A program made the position numbers and the translations under genes. A stretch of 61,715 nt of DNA, counting the filler, from Thermodesulfobacteriota bacterium (GTDB lineage Bacteria > DASVDK01): the NCBI GenBank assembly GCA_036381125.1. It is 6 parts of 6 records of this genome, joined end to end, with 100 filler letters (N's around TTAATTAATTAA, not from the genome) between each part and the next. Parts side by side here need not be neighbours in the genome. Positions count along the whole stretch, not along the records: positions 36,546 to 48,042 come from DASVDK010000246.1; positions 48,143 to 57,500 come from DASVDK010000247.1; 4 more parts are not named here. One strand, written 5' to 3'. Position 1 is the first letter of the stretch. Every line of letters starts with the position of its first letter. The notes under the pieces were generated by a model. It searched no databases. It worked only from the letters and a program-made list of their open reading frames with translations, and was not told where the DNA came from. Shown here piece by piece: positions 40,531-50,567 of the stretch.

Positions 40531-40802
40531 CTGTTCGATCGATCTCCCTGGCGTTGTCCGCGCCTGCGCCATGCCCGGCCCGCTGGAAATGGCGCGCAGA
40601 CTACCCCAGGACGACGGACCCGTCAAGCGCCCGGACCCCCAGTGATCAGGGCCTTGAGGCCCGGATTCGCTCGCGCGATCCACGTCACCTGCCGGGACCG
40701 GCCGGTGTCGGTGCCGGCGCGGCGCCGGCAGAGGAGATGGACATGTCCGCCGGTGTCGCGGTGTGGGGCTCGGGTCCCGTCTCGCGTCGCGTCCGGGCCC
40801 CT

Positions 40803-42006
<1,204 letters not shown>

Positions 42007-42059
42007 GGTCGTCTCGTTGGCCGACGGGTGGCCGGCAGCGCGTGCAACACCATCAGTCT

Positions 42060-42089
42060 ACCACGTTGGTACGTCACCACGTTGGTACG
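42060..42089. repeat. Exact 14-bp direct repeat (16-bp period), operator candidate
   Basis: ACCACGTTGGTACG-TC-ACCACGTTGGTACG, overlapping a minus-strand extended -10 TGGTAGACT. Confidence 0.7.
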
Positions 42090-42204
42090 CCCCGGGCCGC
42101 GTGGGCCTCGCGTTCGCCGTCGCCCCGTGCCGTGACACGTCTCCGCCGGACTCGAACCGCGGAGGCGGAGGCGATTGACGCACGAGACGATTCGCGGACG
42201 GAGC

Positions 42205-43668
42205 CTAGCGCGCGGACCCCGTCAGGGCCTCGACGAAGCGCCGCTCGGCAGCCGCCACGCGGTCGATCGGCGCGAGCAGGTTGTTCGCGAAGAGGACGAA
42301 GGCGAGGAGCTCGCCCCTGGGCCCCTCGGCGTAGCCGGCGAGCGTGCGGACGCCGTTCAGGCTGCCGGTCTTCGCCCGCACCCGGCGCGCCGCGGGCGAG
42401 TCCGCGTATCGGCGCTGCACGGTGCCGTCCACGCCGAGGAGGCCGAAGCCTGCGGCGAACTCGGCGCGCGAGTCGAAGCGGCGCTCCATGGCCAGCAGGA
42501 CGGCGACGAGGTCGGACGGCGAGAGGAGGTTCAGGCGGGAGAGCCCCGAGCCGTCGACGAGCACCGCCTCGGCCGGATCGGCGCCGGCCTCGCGCAGCAC
42601 GTCGCGCAGCACGGCCAGGCCCGCCGCGCTGCCGGCCGGCCCCCCGGTGGCCTCGACGCCGAGCGTGCGGAGCACCATCTCCGCCATGAAGTTGTTGCTG
42701 AACTTGCCCATGTCGGCCAGCACGGCGCCGAGGGCGCGCGAGCGGTGGACCGCGAGCGGGACGGCGCTGCCGGGCGTCGGGCCTTCACCGATGCCGCCCC
42801 GGACGTCCACGCCCACCCCGACGAGCGCGTCGCGCACGGCCGTGGCGAGGTAGCGAGCCGGCCCCTCCACCCGCCGCACGACGCGCCTCGCCGGGGCGTC
42901 CTCGGGGAGCGTCCCCGAGACCAGCAGGACGGTGCTGTCCGGGTCGGCGGGGTCGGACAGCGCGGCGCCGACGGCGAGCGCGTAGGGCGTCCCGGCCGGG
43001 CCGGTCGTCGCGCGGTTGTCGACCCGGATGTAGCTCGTGAGCGGCTCGAGCGTCACGACGGGCGGGCTCCCCGCGGCGCCCGGCTGCACCGTCACCTCCA
43101 CGGCGTTGAAGTTGAACGACGCGGCGCCGATGATCGGGCGGTAGGCCTCGGGCCCGTCGTAGAGCGCCCAGCCGGATGGCTCGCCCTCGGGCGGGAAGAG
43201 GCTGCCGTCGGCCACGACGCGGCCCTCGACGCGCGTCACGCCGGCGGCCCGCACGGTGGCCGCCAGCCGGAAGACCTGCTCCGCCACGAGCGAGGGATCG
43301 CCGCTGCCGCGGACGTAGAGGTCGCCGGCGAGGACGCCGTCCTCCAGGGCGCCGTCGCCGAGGATCGGCGTGAGCCACGCGTACTCGGGGCCGAGCCGCA
43401 GGAGCGCGGCCGCGGCCGTGACGAGCTTCAGCGTGGAGGCGGGGACGAAGCGGGTGTCCGGTTGGCGGGCGAAGCGGACCCGGCCCGAGCGGACCTCCAC
43501 GACGAGCGCCCCCACCTGGGCGCCCTTGAGCGCCGGGTCGGCCAGCGCCCTGTCGAGCGCGGCGGCGAGGCGGTCGGCCGGAGCGGCCCACGCGTGTGCG
43601 GCGTGCAGCGCCAGGCCGACGGCCAGTGCCGTCGCGAGGCCGAGAAGGGTCCGATGCGGCGTCCGCAA
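42205..43668 (-). CDS. dacB: D-alanyl-D-alanine carboxypeptidase/endopeptidase (PBP4, S13)
   Basis: PASTLK, GSGDP, SNN, DGSGLSR, KTGSL; start codon uncertain. Confidence 0.92.
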   Translation of the reverse strand: MRTPHRTLLGLATALAVGLALHAAHAWAAPADRLAAALDRALADPALKGAQVGALVVEVRSGRVRFARQPDTRFVPASTLKLVTAAAALLRLGPEYAWLTPILGDGALEDGVLAGDLYVRGSGDPSLVAEQVFRLAATVRAAGVTRVEGRVVADGSLFPPEGEPSGWALYDGPEAYRPIIGAASFNFNAVEVTVQPGAAGSPPVVTLEPLTSYIRVDNRATTGPAGTPYALAVGAALSDPADPDSTVLLVSGTLPEDAPARRVVRRVEGPARYLATAVRDALVGVGVDVRGGIGEGPTPGSAVPLAVHRSRALGAVLADMGKFSNNFMAEMVLRTLGVEATGGPAGSAAGLAVLRDVLREAGADPAEAVLVDGSGLSRLNLLSPSDLVAVLLAMERRFDSRAEFAAGFGLLGVDGTVQRRYADSPAARRVRAKTGSLNGVRTLAGYAEGPRGELLAFVLFANNLLAPIDRVAAAERRFVEALTGSAR

Positions 43669-43753
43669 GGCGAGCCATCTTACCAGGGAGTATACTGACC
43701 CCGCTGGGTCGCGCGCCGCTCGCGACGCGGCCCCCGTCTCGGAGGGGTGGTGC

Positions 43754-44728
43754 ATGCGCGTCCCTCGATCGCTCGTTCTCCTCGCCGCCGCCCTCGTCGG
43801 CCTGACCGTCCCATCCGGGGCTCAGGGGGCGGTTCCCGCCAGGCCGGGCGACTACCCGGATCGGCCGGTGCAGGTCATCGTGGCGTTCGGCGCCGGCGGC
43901 GGCACCGACGTCGCCGCGCGCACCGTCTTCCGGGCGGCCGAGCGACTCTCCGGAGCCGCCTTCCCCGTGGTGAACCGCCCGGGGGCCTCGGGCGAGCTCG
44001 GCTGGACCGCCATCGCGACGGCCAGGCCGGACGGCTACACGATCGGGATGGTGAACCCGCCGGCGTTCGTCATCCTGCCGATCACGCGTCCGACCGCCAG
44101 GTACACCATCGACTCGTTCGACTACATCGCCAACATCGTCCGGGACCCCGGTACGATCCTCGTTCGGGCGGACAGCCCGCTGAAGAACATGAAGGACCTC
44201 GTGGCGGCGGCGAAGAAGGCCGACGGCGCCTTCAGCATCGCCTACTCGGGCCCCGGCACCGCCGAGGCGGTCGCCCTCGACCAGCTCGAGCGGAGTCAGG
44301 GGATCACCCTCAACAAGATCCCCTTCGACGGCACGGCCCCCTCGCTCACCGCCCTCATCGGCGGCAACGTCGACGCCATGTCGGCCAACATCAGCGAGCT
44401 GATCGGCCAGATCCGCCAGGGCCAGCTCCGCTCGCTCGGCGTGGCGGCGACCGAACGGGTCGACATGGTGCCCGACGTCCCGACCTGGCGCGAGCAGGGC
44501 ATCGACATCCAACAGGTCGCCTACCGCGGCATCGCCGCGCCGAAAGGCCTGCCGCCCGAGCGGCTCGAGTACCTCGCGCAGCTCATCCGCGCGGTCGTCG
44601 AGGACCCGGAGTTCAGACGGCAGGCGGCGGAGCTGAGCCTGCCGCTCCACTACCTCGGGCCGAAGGAGTTTCGCGAGGCGATCGTCCAGATGCGGAACAC
44701 GCTCCAGCCGGCGCTCGAGAAGAAGTAG
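43754..44728 (+). CDS. tctC: Tripartite tricarboxylate transporter substrate-binding protein
   Basis: Signal peptide, YPDRPV, GGGTD, NRPGASG, PDGYT, VPTWRE. Confidence 0.9.
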   Translation: MRVPRSLVLLAAALVGLTVPSGAQGAVPARPGDYPDRPVQVIVAFGAGGGTDVAARTVFRAAERLSGAAFPVVNRPGASGELGWTAIATARPDGYTIGMVNPPAFVILPITRPTARYTIDSFDYIANIVRDPGTILVRADSPLKNMKDLVAAAKKADGAFSIAYSGPGTAEAVALDQLERSQGITLNKIPFDGTAPSLTALIGGNVDAMSANISELIGQIRQGQLRSLGVAATERVDMVPDVPTWREQGIDIQQVAYRGIAAPKGLPPERLEYLAQLIRAVVEDPEFRRQAAELSLPLHYLGPKEFREAIVQMRNTLQPALEKK

Positions 44729-44729
44729 C

Positions 44730-45197
44730 GTGCGCGCCCGCCTCTCGGGACGGGGGGACGCGGTCGCGGCAACGTTCATCGCCCTCGTCGGGCTCGCCGG
44801 CGCGGCGGGCGGCGTCTCGCTCGGCCTCTACTCGGGGCGCGCCCCGGGGCCCGGGCTGATCCCGCTCCTCGCCGGCGCCGCCGTGGCGGTCTCGGCGGGG
44901 GCGATCGCCCTGGCCGCGTGGGCGGGCCCCCCGCGGCCCGCTCCGCCGGCCACGCCGGAGGGCCTGCGCAGGGTCGTGATCGTCCTGCTCCTCATGGGCG
45001 CCTGGGTCGTGCTCCTCGAGCCGGCCGGCTACGTGGCGGCCACCGCGGCCCTCCTCGTCGCCCTGCTCCGCTTCGTGGAGCGGGTCCCCCTCCGGGTGAC
45101 GCTCGCCGTGGCCCTCGCGACCGCCGGCGGCCTCGCCGCGCTCTTCGGCGGCGTCCTCGGCCTGCCGCTCGCCGCCTGGCCCGCATGGATCTCCTGA
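44730..45197 (+). CDS. tctB: TctB family small membrane subunit
   Basis: PGPG motif, about four TM segments, between tctC and tctA. Confidence 0.82.
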   Translation: MRARLSGRGDAVAATFIALVGLAGAAGGVSLGLYSGRAPGPGLIPLLAGAAVAVSAGAIALAAWAGPPRPAPPATPEGLRRVVIVLLLMGAWVVLLEPAGYVAATAALLVALLRFVERVPLRVTLAVALATAGGLAALFGGVLGLPLAAWPAWIS

Positions 45198-46681
45198 CGA
45201 GCCTCGCCTACGGGTTCGGCGTGGTCTTCACGCCGGCCAACGTCCTCCTCGCGCTGGCCGGCTGCCTGGCCGGCACGCTGGTGGGGGTGCTGCCGGGCCT
45301 CGGGCCGACCGCCACCATCGCCGTCCTCCTGCCGCTCACGTTCGGGATGGACCCGGCCGGCGCCCTCATCATGCTGGCCGGCATCTACTACGGGGCGATG
45401 TACGGCGGCTCCACGACGTCGATCCTCCTGAACGTCCCGGGCGAGGCGGCGAGCGTGGCGACGACGCTCGACGGCTACGCGCTCGCCCGCCAGGGGCGCG
45501 CCGGCCCGGCGCTCGGCATCGCCGCCATCGGCAGCTTCTTCGCCGGCACCGTGAGCGCGGTGGCGCTCGCGCTGATGGGGCGGCCCCTCGCCGACGTCGC
45601 GGTCCGCTTCGGCCCGCCGGAGTACACGGCGCTCACGCTCCTCGCCCTCGGCACGATCGGCCTCACCGGCGGCGAGTCCGCCGTCCGGTCGTTCGCGATG
45701 GGCGCCCTGGGCCTCCTCCTCGCCACCGTCGGCACCGATCGGGTGGGGGGCGTCGAGCGCTTCACGTTCGGCGTCCCGTACCTCTACGAGGGGGTCGACT
45801 TCCTGCTCGTGATGCTGGCCTTCTTCGCGGTGACCGAGGTCCTTTCCACGCTGGCGCGCGGTGAGGAGGGCGCCTTCACGCCGCCGCCGCGGGGGCTGCG
45901 CAGCCTCTTGCCGACGGCCGACGACCTGCGGCGCTCCGCCTGGCCGATGGTCCGATCCGCGATCCTCGGCTTCGTGATCGGCGTCCTGCCGGGCGGCGGC
46001 GTCGTCACGGCCGCCTTCCTCGCCTACGCGATGGAGAAGCGCCTGGCCCGCGACCGCGGCCGCTGGGGGAAGGGGGCGATCGAAGGGGTGGCGGCGCCGG
46101 AGACCGCCAACAACGCCGCGGCCGGCGGCGCGCTGGTCCCGCTCCTCTCGCTCGGGATCCCCGGCTCCGGCTCGGCCGCCATGCTCCTGGGCGCCATGAC
46201 GATCACCGGCGTGCAGGCGGGACCGCTCCTCTTCCAGCAGCGACCCGACGTGGCCTGGGGCCTCATCGCGAGCCTCTACCTCGGCAACGTGGTGCTGCTC
46301 GTCCTGAACCTCCCCCTCGTGCCGGTCTTCGCGAGCATCCTGCGCACCCCGTACCGTATCCTCTACCCGATCGTCCTCGTCCTGTCGCTCACGGGGGCAT
46401 ACGTGACCCGCACGCAGCTCTTCGACCTCTGGCTCCTCCTGGCCTTTTCCGTCGCCGGCTTCCTCCTCGTGCGGCGGGGCTTCCCGCCGGCTCCCCTCGT
46501 GGTCGGTCTCGTGCTGGGCCCCCTCTTCGAGCAGTCGCTGCGGCAGTCGCTCCTCCTCGCCCGCGGCGACTGGGCCATCTTCGTGAGGCGCCCCTGGTCG
46601 GCCGCCTTCCTGGCCGGCTTCGTCCTGTCGCTCGCGGCCCCGCTCCTCCTCGGCGCCGTCCGTTGGCGGAGGCCGGCGTGA
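45185..46681 (+). CDS. tctA: TctA permease
   Basis: GVLPGLGP, YYGAMYGGSTTSILLNVPG, APETANN, LGIPG. Confidence 0.93.
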   Translation: MDLLTSLAYGFGVVFTPANVLLALAGCLAGTLVGVLPGLGPTATIAVLLPLTFGMDPAGALIMLAGIYYGAMYGGSTTSILLNVPGEAASVATTLDGYALARQGRAGPALGIAAIGSFFAGTVSAVALALMGRPLADVAVRFGPPEYTALTLLALGTIGLTGGESAVRSFAMGALGLLLATVGTDRVGGVERFTFGVPYLYEGVDFLLVMLAFFAVTEVLSTLARGEEGAFTPPPRGLRSLLPTADDLRRSAWPMVRSAILGFVIGVLPGGGVVTAAFLAYAMEKRLARDRGRWGKGAIEGVAAPETANNAAAGGALVPLLSLGIPGSGSAAMLLGAMTITGVQAGPLLFQQRPDVAWGLIASLYLGNVVLLVLNLPLVPVFASILRTPYRILYPIVLVLSLTGAYVTRTQLFDLWLLLAFSVAGFLLVRRGFPPAPLVVGLVLGPLFEQSLRQSLLLARGDWAIFVRRPWSAAFLAGFVLSLAAPLLLGAVRWRRPA

Positions 46682-47676
46682 CGCCGCTCGCGCGCGTGCG
46701 CGCCGTGCTCGCAGGCCGTCCCACGGACCGTCCCGCCTTCGCCCTCTGGCGGCACTTCCCAGGGGAGGATCACGACGCCGACCGCCTGGCTGCGGCGGAG
46801 CTGGCGTTCCTCGCCGAGTACGGGTACGACCTCGTCAAGCTGAACCCGCCGGGGATGTACTTCGTCGAGGACCGCGGCGTGCGGTGGCGCTACTACGGGG
46901 ACCACCGGACGGCGCCCGAGGTGCTCGCGGTGCCGGTGCATCGGCCAGGCGACTGGGCGGTGCTGCCGCCGCTCGAGGCCGACGGGGGCGCCCTCGCCGT
47001 GCGCCGGGCCGCGATCGCGAAGGTGGCGGCCGCGGTCGGGGAGACCCATCCGGTCCTCGAGACGGTCTTCACCCCGCTCACGGTGGCCGCCAAGCTGGCC
47101 GGCGACCGGATCGTGTCGCTGGCCGAGGAGGGGCCGGATGCGCTGGAGGCGGCGCTCGCGCGATTCGTCGAGGAGATCGCCGCCTACGTTCGCCTCGCCC
47201 TGGCGGCAGGGGCGCGCGGCCTCTTCCTCGCGAACCAGATGCTCCAGCGGGCGGCGTTCCCCCCGCGCCTCTACGCGCGCTTCGGCGCCCCGTTCGATGC
47301 GGCGCTCGTCGAGCGCATCCGGCCGCAGGTCGAGATCCTCGCGCTGCACGTCCACGGCGGGGACGTCGACTTCGACGCGGCGGCGCGGCTCCCGGCGGAC
47401 CTCCTCTCCTGGCACTGTCGCTCGACGCCGCCGAGCTTGACGGCCGCCCGCGAACGGACTACAACGCCTTTCCTCGCCGGCCTGGCGCGCGAGACGCTCC
47501 TGCGCGGCAGCCCGGCCGACGCGGCTGCCCAGGCCCGAGCCACGCTGGCCGAGGCGGGCGGACGAGGGGTCATCGTGGCGCCCGACTGCACCGTCTCGCC
47601 GATGGCGCCGCCGGCCAACCTCGCCGCCGTCCGTGACGCGATGCGCGGCGGCGCCTCGAGCGGAGGGACGCGCTGA
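46678..47676 (+). CDS. Uroporphyrinogen decarboxylase/MtaA-like family protein
   Basis: DRP..LWRHF, DLVK, TVFTP, LHVHG, APDC; lacks the RQAGR motif of HemE. Confidence 0.75.
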   Translation: MTPLARVRAVLAGRPTDRPAFALWRHFPGEDHDADRLAAAELAFLAEYGYDLVKLNPPGMYFVEDRGVRWRYYGDHRTAPEVLAVPVHRPGDWAVLPPLEADGGALAVRRAAIAKVAAAVGETHPVLETVFTPLTVAAKLAGDRIVSLAEEGPDALEAALARFVEEIAAYVRLALAAGARGLFLANQMLQRAAFPPRLYARFGAPFDAALVERIRPQVEILALHVHGGDVDFDAAARLPADLLSWHCRSTPPSLTAARERTTTPFLAGLARETLLRGSPADAAAQARATLAEAGGRGVIVAPDCTVSPMAPPANLAAVRDAMRGGASSGGTR

Positions 47677-47678
47677 CC

Positions 47679-48042
47679 ATGCCGCCGAACGCCGCCGGCC
47701 TCTTCATGGTCGGCTTCCCCGGTCCCACCCCGTCGCCCGACGCGGCGGCGCTGGTGCGCGAGGGGGTCTCCGGCGTCATCTACTTTCGCCGCAACCTCGG
47801 CGAAGGGCCGGCCGGCGCCGCCCGCCTCACCGCCGACCTGCAGCGCCTCGCGCGGGACGCCGGCCGCCCGCCGCTCCTCGTGGCGGCCGATCAGGAGGGG
47901 GGGATCGTCGCGCGCCTGCGCGCCCCCTTCACGGAGTACCCGGGCGCCGACGCCGTCGGCCTCGCCGGCGACGAGGGGCTCGCGGAGCGCGTCGGGCGGG
48001 CCATCGCGGCAGAACTCCGCGCGGTCGGCATCACGGTCGACT
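47679..48042 (+). CDS. nagZ: GH3 beta-N-acetylhexosaminidase, 3' partial
   Basis: GVIYFRRN, DQEGGIVARL, ELRAVGIT. Confidence 0.8.
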
Positions 48043-48142
48043 NNNNNNNNNNNNNNNNNNNNNNNNNNNNNNNNNNNNNNNNNNNNTTAATTAATTAANN
48101 NNNNNNNNNNNNNNNNNNNNNNNNNNNNNNNNNNNNNNNNNN
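48043..48142. other. Artificial contig linker
   Basis: N-run with TTAATTAATTAA. Confidence 0.98.
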
Positions 48143-48232
48143 GCGGTCCGCCGGGTTGCGGTCCTCGAAGGTCTTGCCCGAGGCGGCGTCCACCCACTTG
48201 CCGCCGACGAGGTTCTTGAAGGCCTCGGCCAT
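48143..48232 (-). CDS. Aldehyde dehydrogenase N-terminus, 3' partial
   Basis: MAEAFKNLVGGKWVDAASGKTFEDRNPA. Confidence 0.75.
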
Positions 48233-48270
48233 CGATCGCTCCTGTGCTGCTGGGGATTGGGGGAACCGCG

Positions 48271-48651
48271 TCACGCCACCGCGACGACCTCGATCTCGAC
48301 CTCGGCCCCGCGCGGCAGGGCTGCCACCTGCACCGTCGAGCGAGCCGGCCGTGCGCCGCCGAGCGCCTCCTCGTAGATCGCGTTGACCGTGCCGAAGTGC
48401 GAGAGGTCGGTCAGGAAGACCGTGGCCTTCACGACCTTCTGGAGGCTCGTGCCGGCCGCGGCGAGGACCGCCTCGAGGTTCGCCAGCACGCGCCGCGTCT
48501 GCGCGGCGATGTCGCCGGTGACGAGCTGCCCGGTGGCCGGGTCGAGCGGGATCTGGCCGGAGGCGAACACGAAGCCTCCGGCCACCACGGCCTGCGAGTA
48601 GGGCCCGATCGCCTTCGGGGCGGCGTCGCTGTGGACCTGCGTGATCGTCAT
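48271..48651 (-). CDS. ridA: RidA family enamine/imine deaminase
   Basis: APKAIGPYSQA, SGQIP, PARS, VEIE. Confidence 0.95.
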   Translation of the reverse strand: MTITQVHSDAAPKAIGPYSQAVVAGGFVFASGQIPLDPATGQLVTGDIAAQTRRVLANLEAVLAAAGTSLQKVVKATVFLTDLSHFGTVNAIYEEALGGARPARSTVQVAALPRGAEVEIEVVAVA

Positions 48652-48688
48652 CGTGTGCTCCTCGCGTGAGGCGATTGTAACACCCGCT

Positions 48689-49999
48689 TCAGAGGACCCG
48701 CACCCACCCGAACGAGATCGCGAAGGCGACGGAGACGGCGTACATCAGCGGGTGGACGCGGCCCCCCTTGCCCGACAGGAGCATGAGCACCGTGTAGGCG
48801 ATGAACCCGTAGCCGATGCCGCGCGTGATGCTGAACGTGATCGGGATGAAGAGGAGCGTCACGAAGGCAGGCAAGGCCTCGGTGAAGTCGTCCCAGGGGA
48901 TGTCCCTGACCACGGTCATCATGTAGAAGCCGACCACGATGAGGGCCGGCGCGGTGGCCGCCGCGGGGACGATGCCGGCGAGCGGGGCGATGAAGATGCA
49001 GGCGAGGAAGATGAGGCCGGTGACGACCGAGGTGAGCCCCGTGCGCCCCCCCTCGGCCACGCCGGCCGCGCTCTCGATGTACGACGTGACCGACGAGGCT
49101 CGCAGGAGCCCCCCGAACGCGGCGGCCAGCGAGTCGACCAGGAGGACCCGGTTGCCCCGCGGCACCTCGCCGGTGGGGCTGAGGAGCTTCGCCTCCCCGG
49201 CCACCGACACCATCGTCCCCATCGTGTCGAAGAAGTCGGCGATCAGGAAGGCGAAGATCGCCGGCCAGAGGGAGGCCTGGACGATGACGCCGAAGTCGAT
49301 GTTGCCGACCTGCGAGAAGTCGGGCAGCGCCACGAGGGCCGAGGGCGCCTTCGTGAGCCCGAAGAAGGTGCCGATCACGGTGGTGATCACGATGCCGAGC
49401 AGGATGCCCGCCTTGACGCGCAGCGCCAGGAGCGCCGAGGTGACGAAAAGGCCGAGGATCGCGACGATCGTAACCGGTTTGCCGAGGTCGAGGTCCACGG
49501 TGATCGGCACGCCGGGGGCCTGTCCCGCCTGCACGAGCCCGGCCTGGGCGGCGCCGATGAGCGCGATGAAGAGCCCGATGCCGACGCCGATGGCCCGCTT
49601 GAGGGCCATGGGAATGGCGCGGAAGATGGCGATGCGGACCCGGGTGAGGACCAGGAGCGTGATGATGATCCCCTCCCAGAAGACGACCGCCATCGCCTGC
49701 TCGGCCGAGAGCTTGAGGCCGGCGATGAGCGTGAAGGCGACCGCCGCGTTGAGCCCCATGCCCGACGCCAGGGCGATGGGCATGTTGGCGTAGAGCCCCA
49801 TGGCGATCGACATGACGCCCGCGGCGAGCGCCGTGACCGCCGCCGTCTGCTCCCGCGGCAGCCCGACCTCGCCGAGGATGATCGGGTTCACGAAGAGGAT
49901 GTACGCCATCACCATGAAGGTCGTCGCGCCGGCCACGACCTCCGTGCCGACGGTCGTACCCCGTCGGCGCAGCTCGAAGAGCCGATCGAGAAGTTCCAC
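48689..49999 (-). CDS. NCS2/AzgA-type purine permease
   Basis: GTG start; TTFMVMAYILFVNP, GMGLNA, DFFDTMGT, YIESAAGV, GGRTGL. Confidence 0.92.
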   Translation of the reverse strand: MELLDRLFELRRRGTTVGTEVVAGATTFMVMAYILFVNPIILGEVGLPREQTAAVTALAAGVMSIAMGLYANMPIALASGMGLNAAVAFTLIAGLKLSAEQAMAVVFWEGIIITLLVLTRVRIAIFRAIPMALKRAIGVGIGLFIALIGAAQAGLVQAGQAPGVPITVDLDLGKPVTIVAILGLFVTSALLALRVKAGILLGIVITTVIGTFFGLTKAPSALVALPDFSQVGNIDFGVIVQASLWPAIFAFLIADFFDTMGTMVSVAGEAKLLSPTGEVPRGNRVLLVDSLAAAFGGLLRASSVTSYIESAAGVAEGGRTGLTSVVTGLIFLACIFIAPLAGIVPAAATAPALIVVGFYMMTVVRDIPWDDFTEALPAFVTLLFIPITFSITRGIGYGFIAYTVLMLLSGKGGRVHPLMYAVSVAFAISFGWVRVL

Positions 50000-50004
50000 C
50001 GGAA

Positions 50005-50130
50005 AGCCCCCTTCTTTCGCGGAGTTACGGTTCGGCGCCCGCACCCGGTCCCGAACGGGGGCTGCTCCGCCCGCGACCCCTCGACTTCGCCGTTCAGGTA
50101 GGGCGAGCTAGCGCCCGTTGCGCCCGCTCC
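50005..50130 (-). ncRNA. Candidate structured 5' leader (riboswitch-like) of the purine permease
   Basis: Long hairpin (CCUGAACGG/CCGUUCGGG, GCUCGC/GCGGGC) whose 3' arm AGCCCCCGUUC is complementary to the RBS region GAAGGGGGCU. Confidence 0.4.
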
Positions 50131-50567
50131 TACGTTCTCCCCGAGCAGGCTCGGCGTCAAGGGCAGATGCCGCGCGGCACGGAGGGAGCGTGGAGCGGCC
50201 ATCTGCGGCCCGGGATGCCCGGCCGGCCCGCGTGTCGCCGGCCGGAGCCCGGCGACGCCGCTCGGAGCGGGACGTGCCGCACCGGGCGCCTTCCAGGCCT
50301 TCCGTGCCTCCATGATAGAAGAGCCGCATCGCTCACCTCGTGGAACCCGGTTCGAACCGAGTTGGACCTCCGCCGGCTGCCCGCCGTGACACGCTCCGCG
50401 GCCGCGGATCGCAGCGCGTCGCCGACGGCCTGGACCGGAGGGGCGCCAGCCCCTCGGGCGCCGGGCGGCCTGCTCGCGCGCCCGCGTTCGCTTCGCTAGG
50501 CTCGATGGACCCTGCCCTCGGAAGGGAGGTCGGGCGCGTAGGGGAGGACGCGCAAGGAGACGTCCTC

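Noticed and set aside
42060-42089. Mini CRISPR array
   Set aside because: Only two 14-bp copies with a 2-bp gap, and no cas genes
46678-47676. hemE (and hemY for 57868-59280)
   Set aside because: HemE signature residues are absent and neither gene lies in a heme-biosynthesis context
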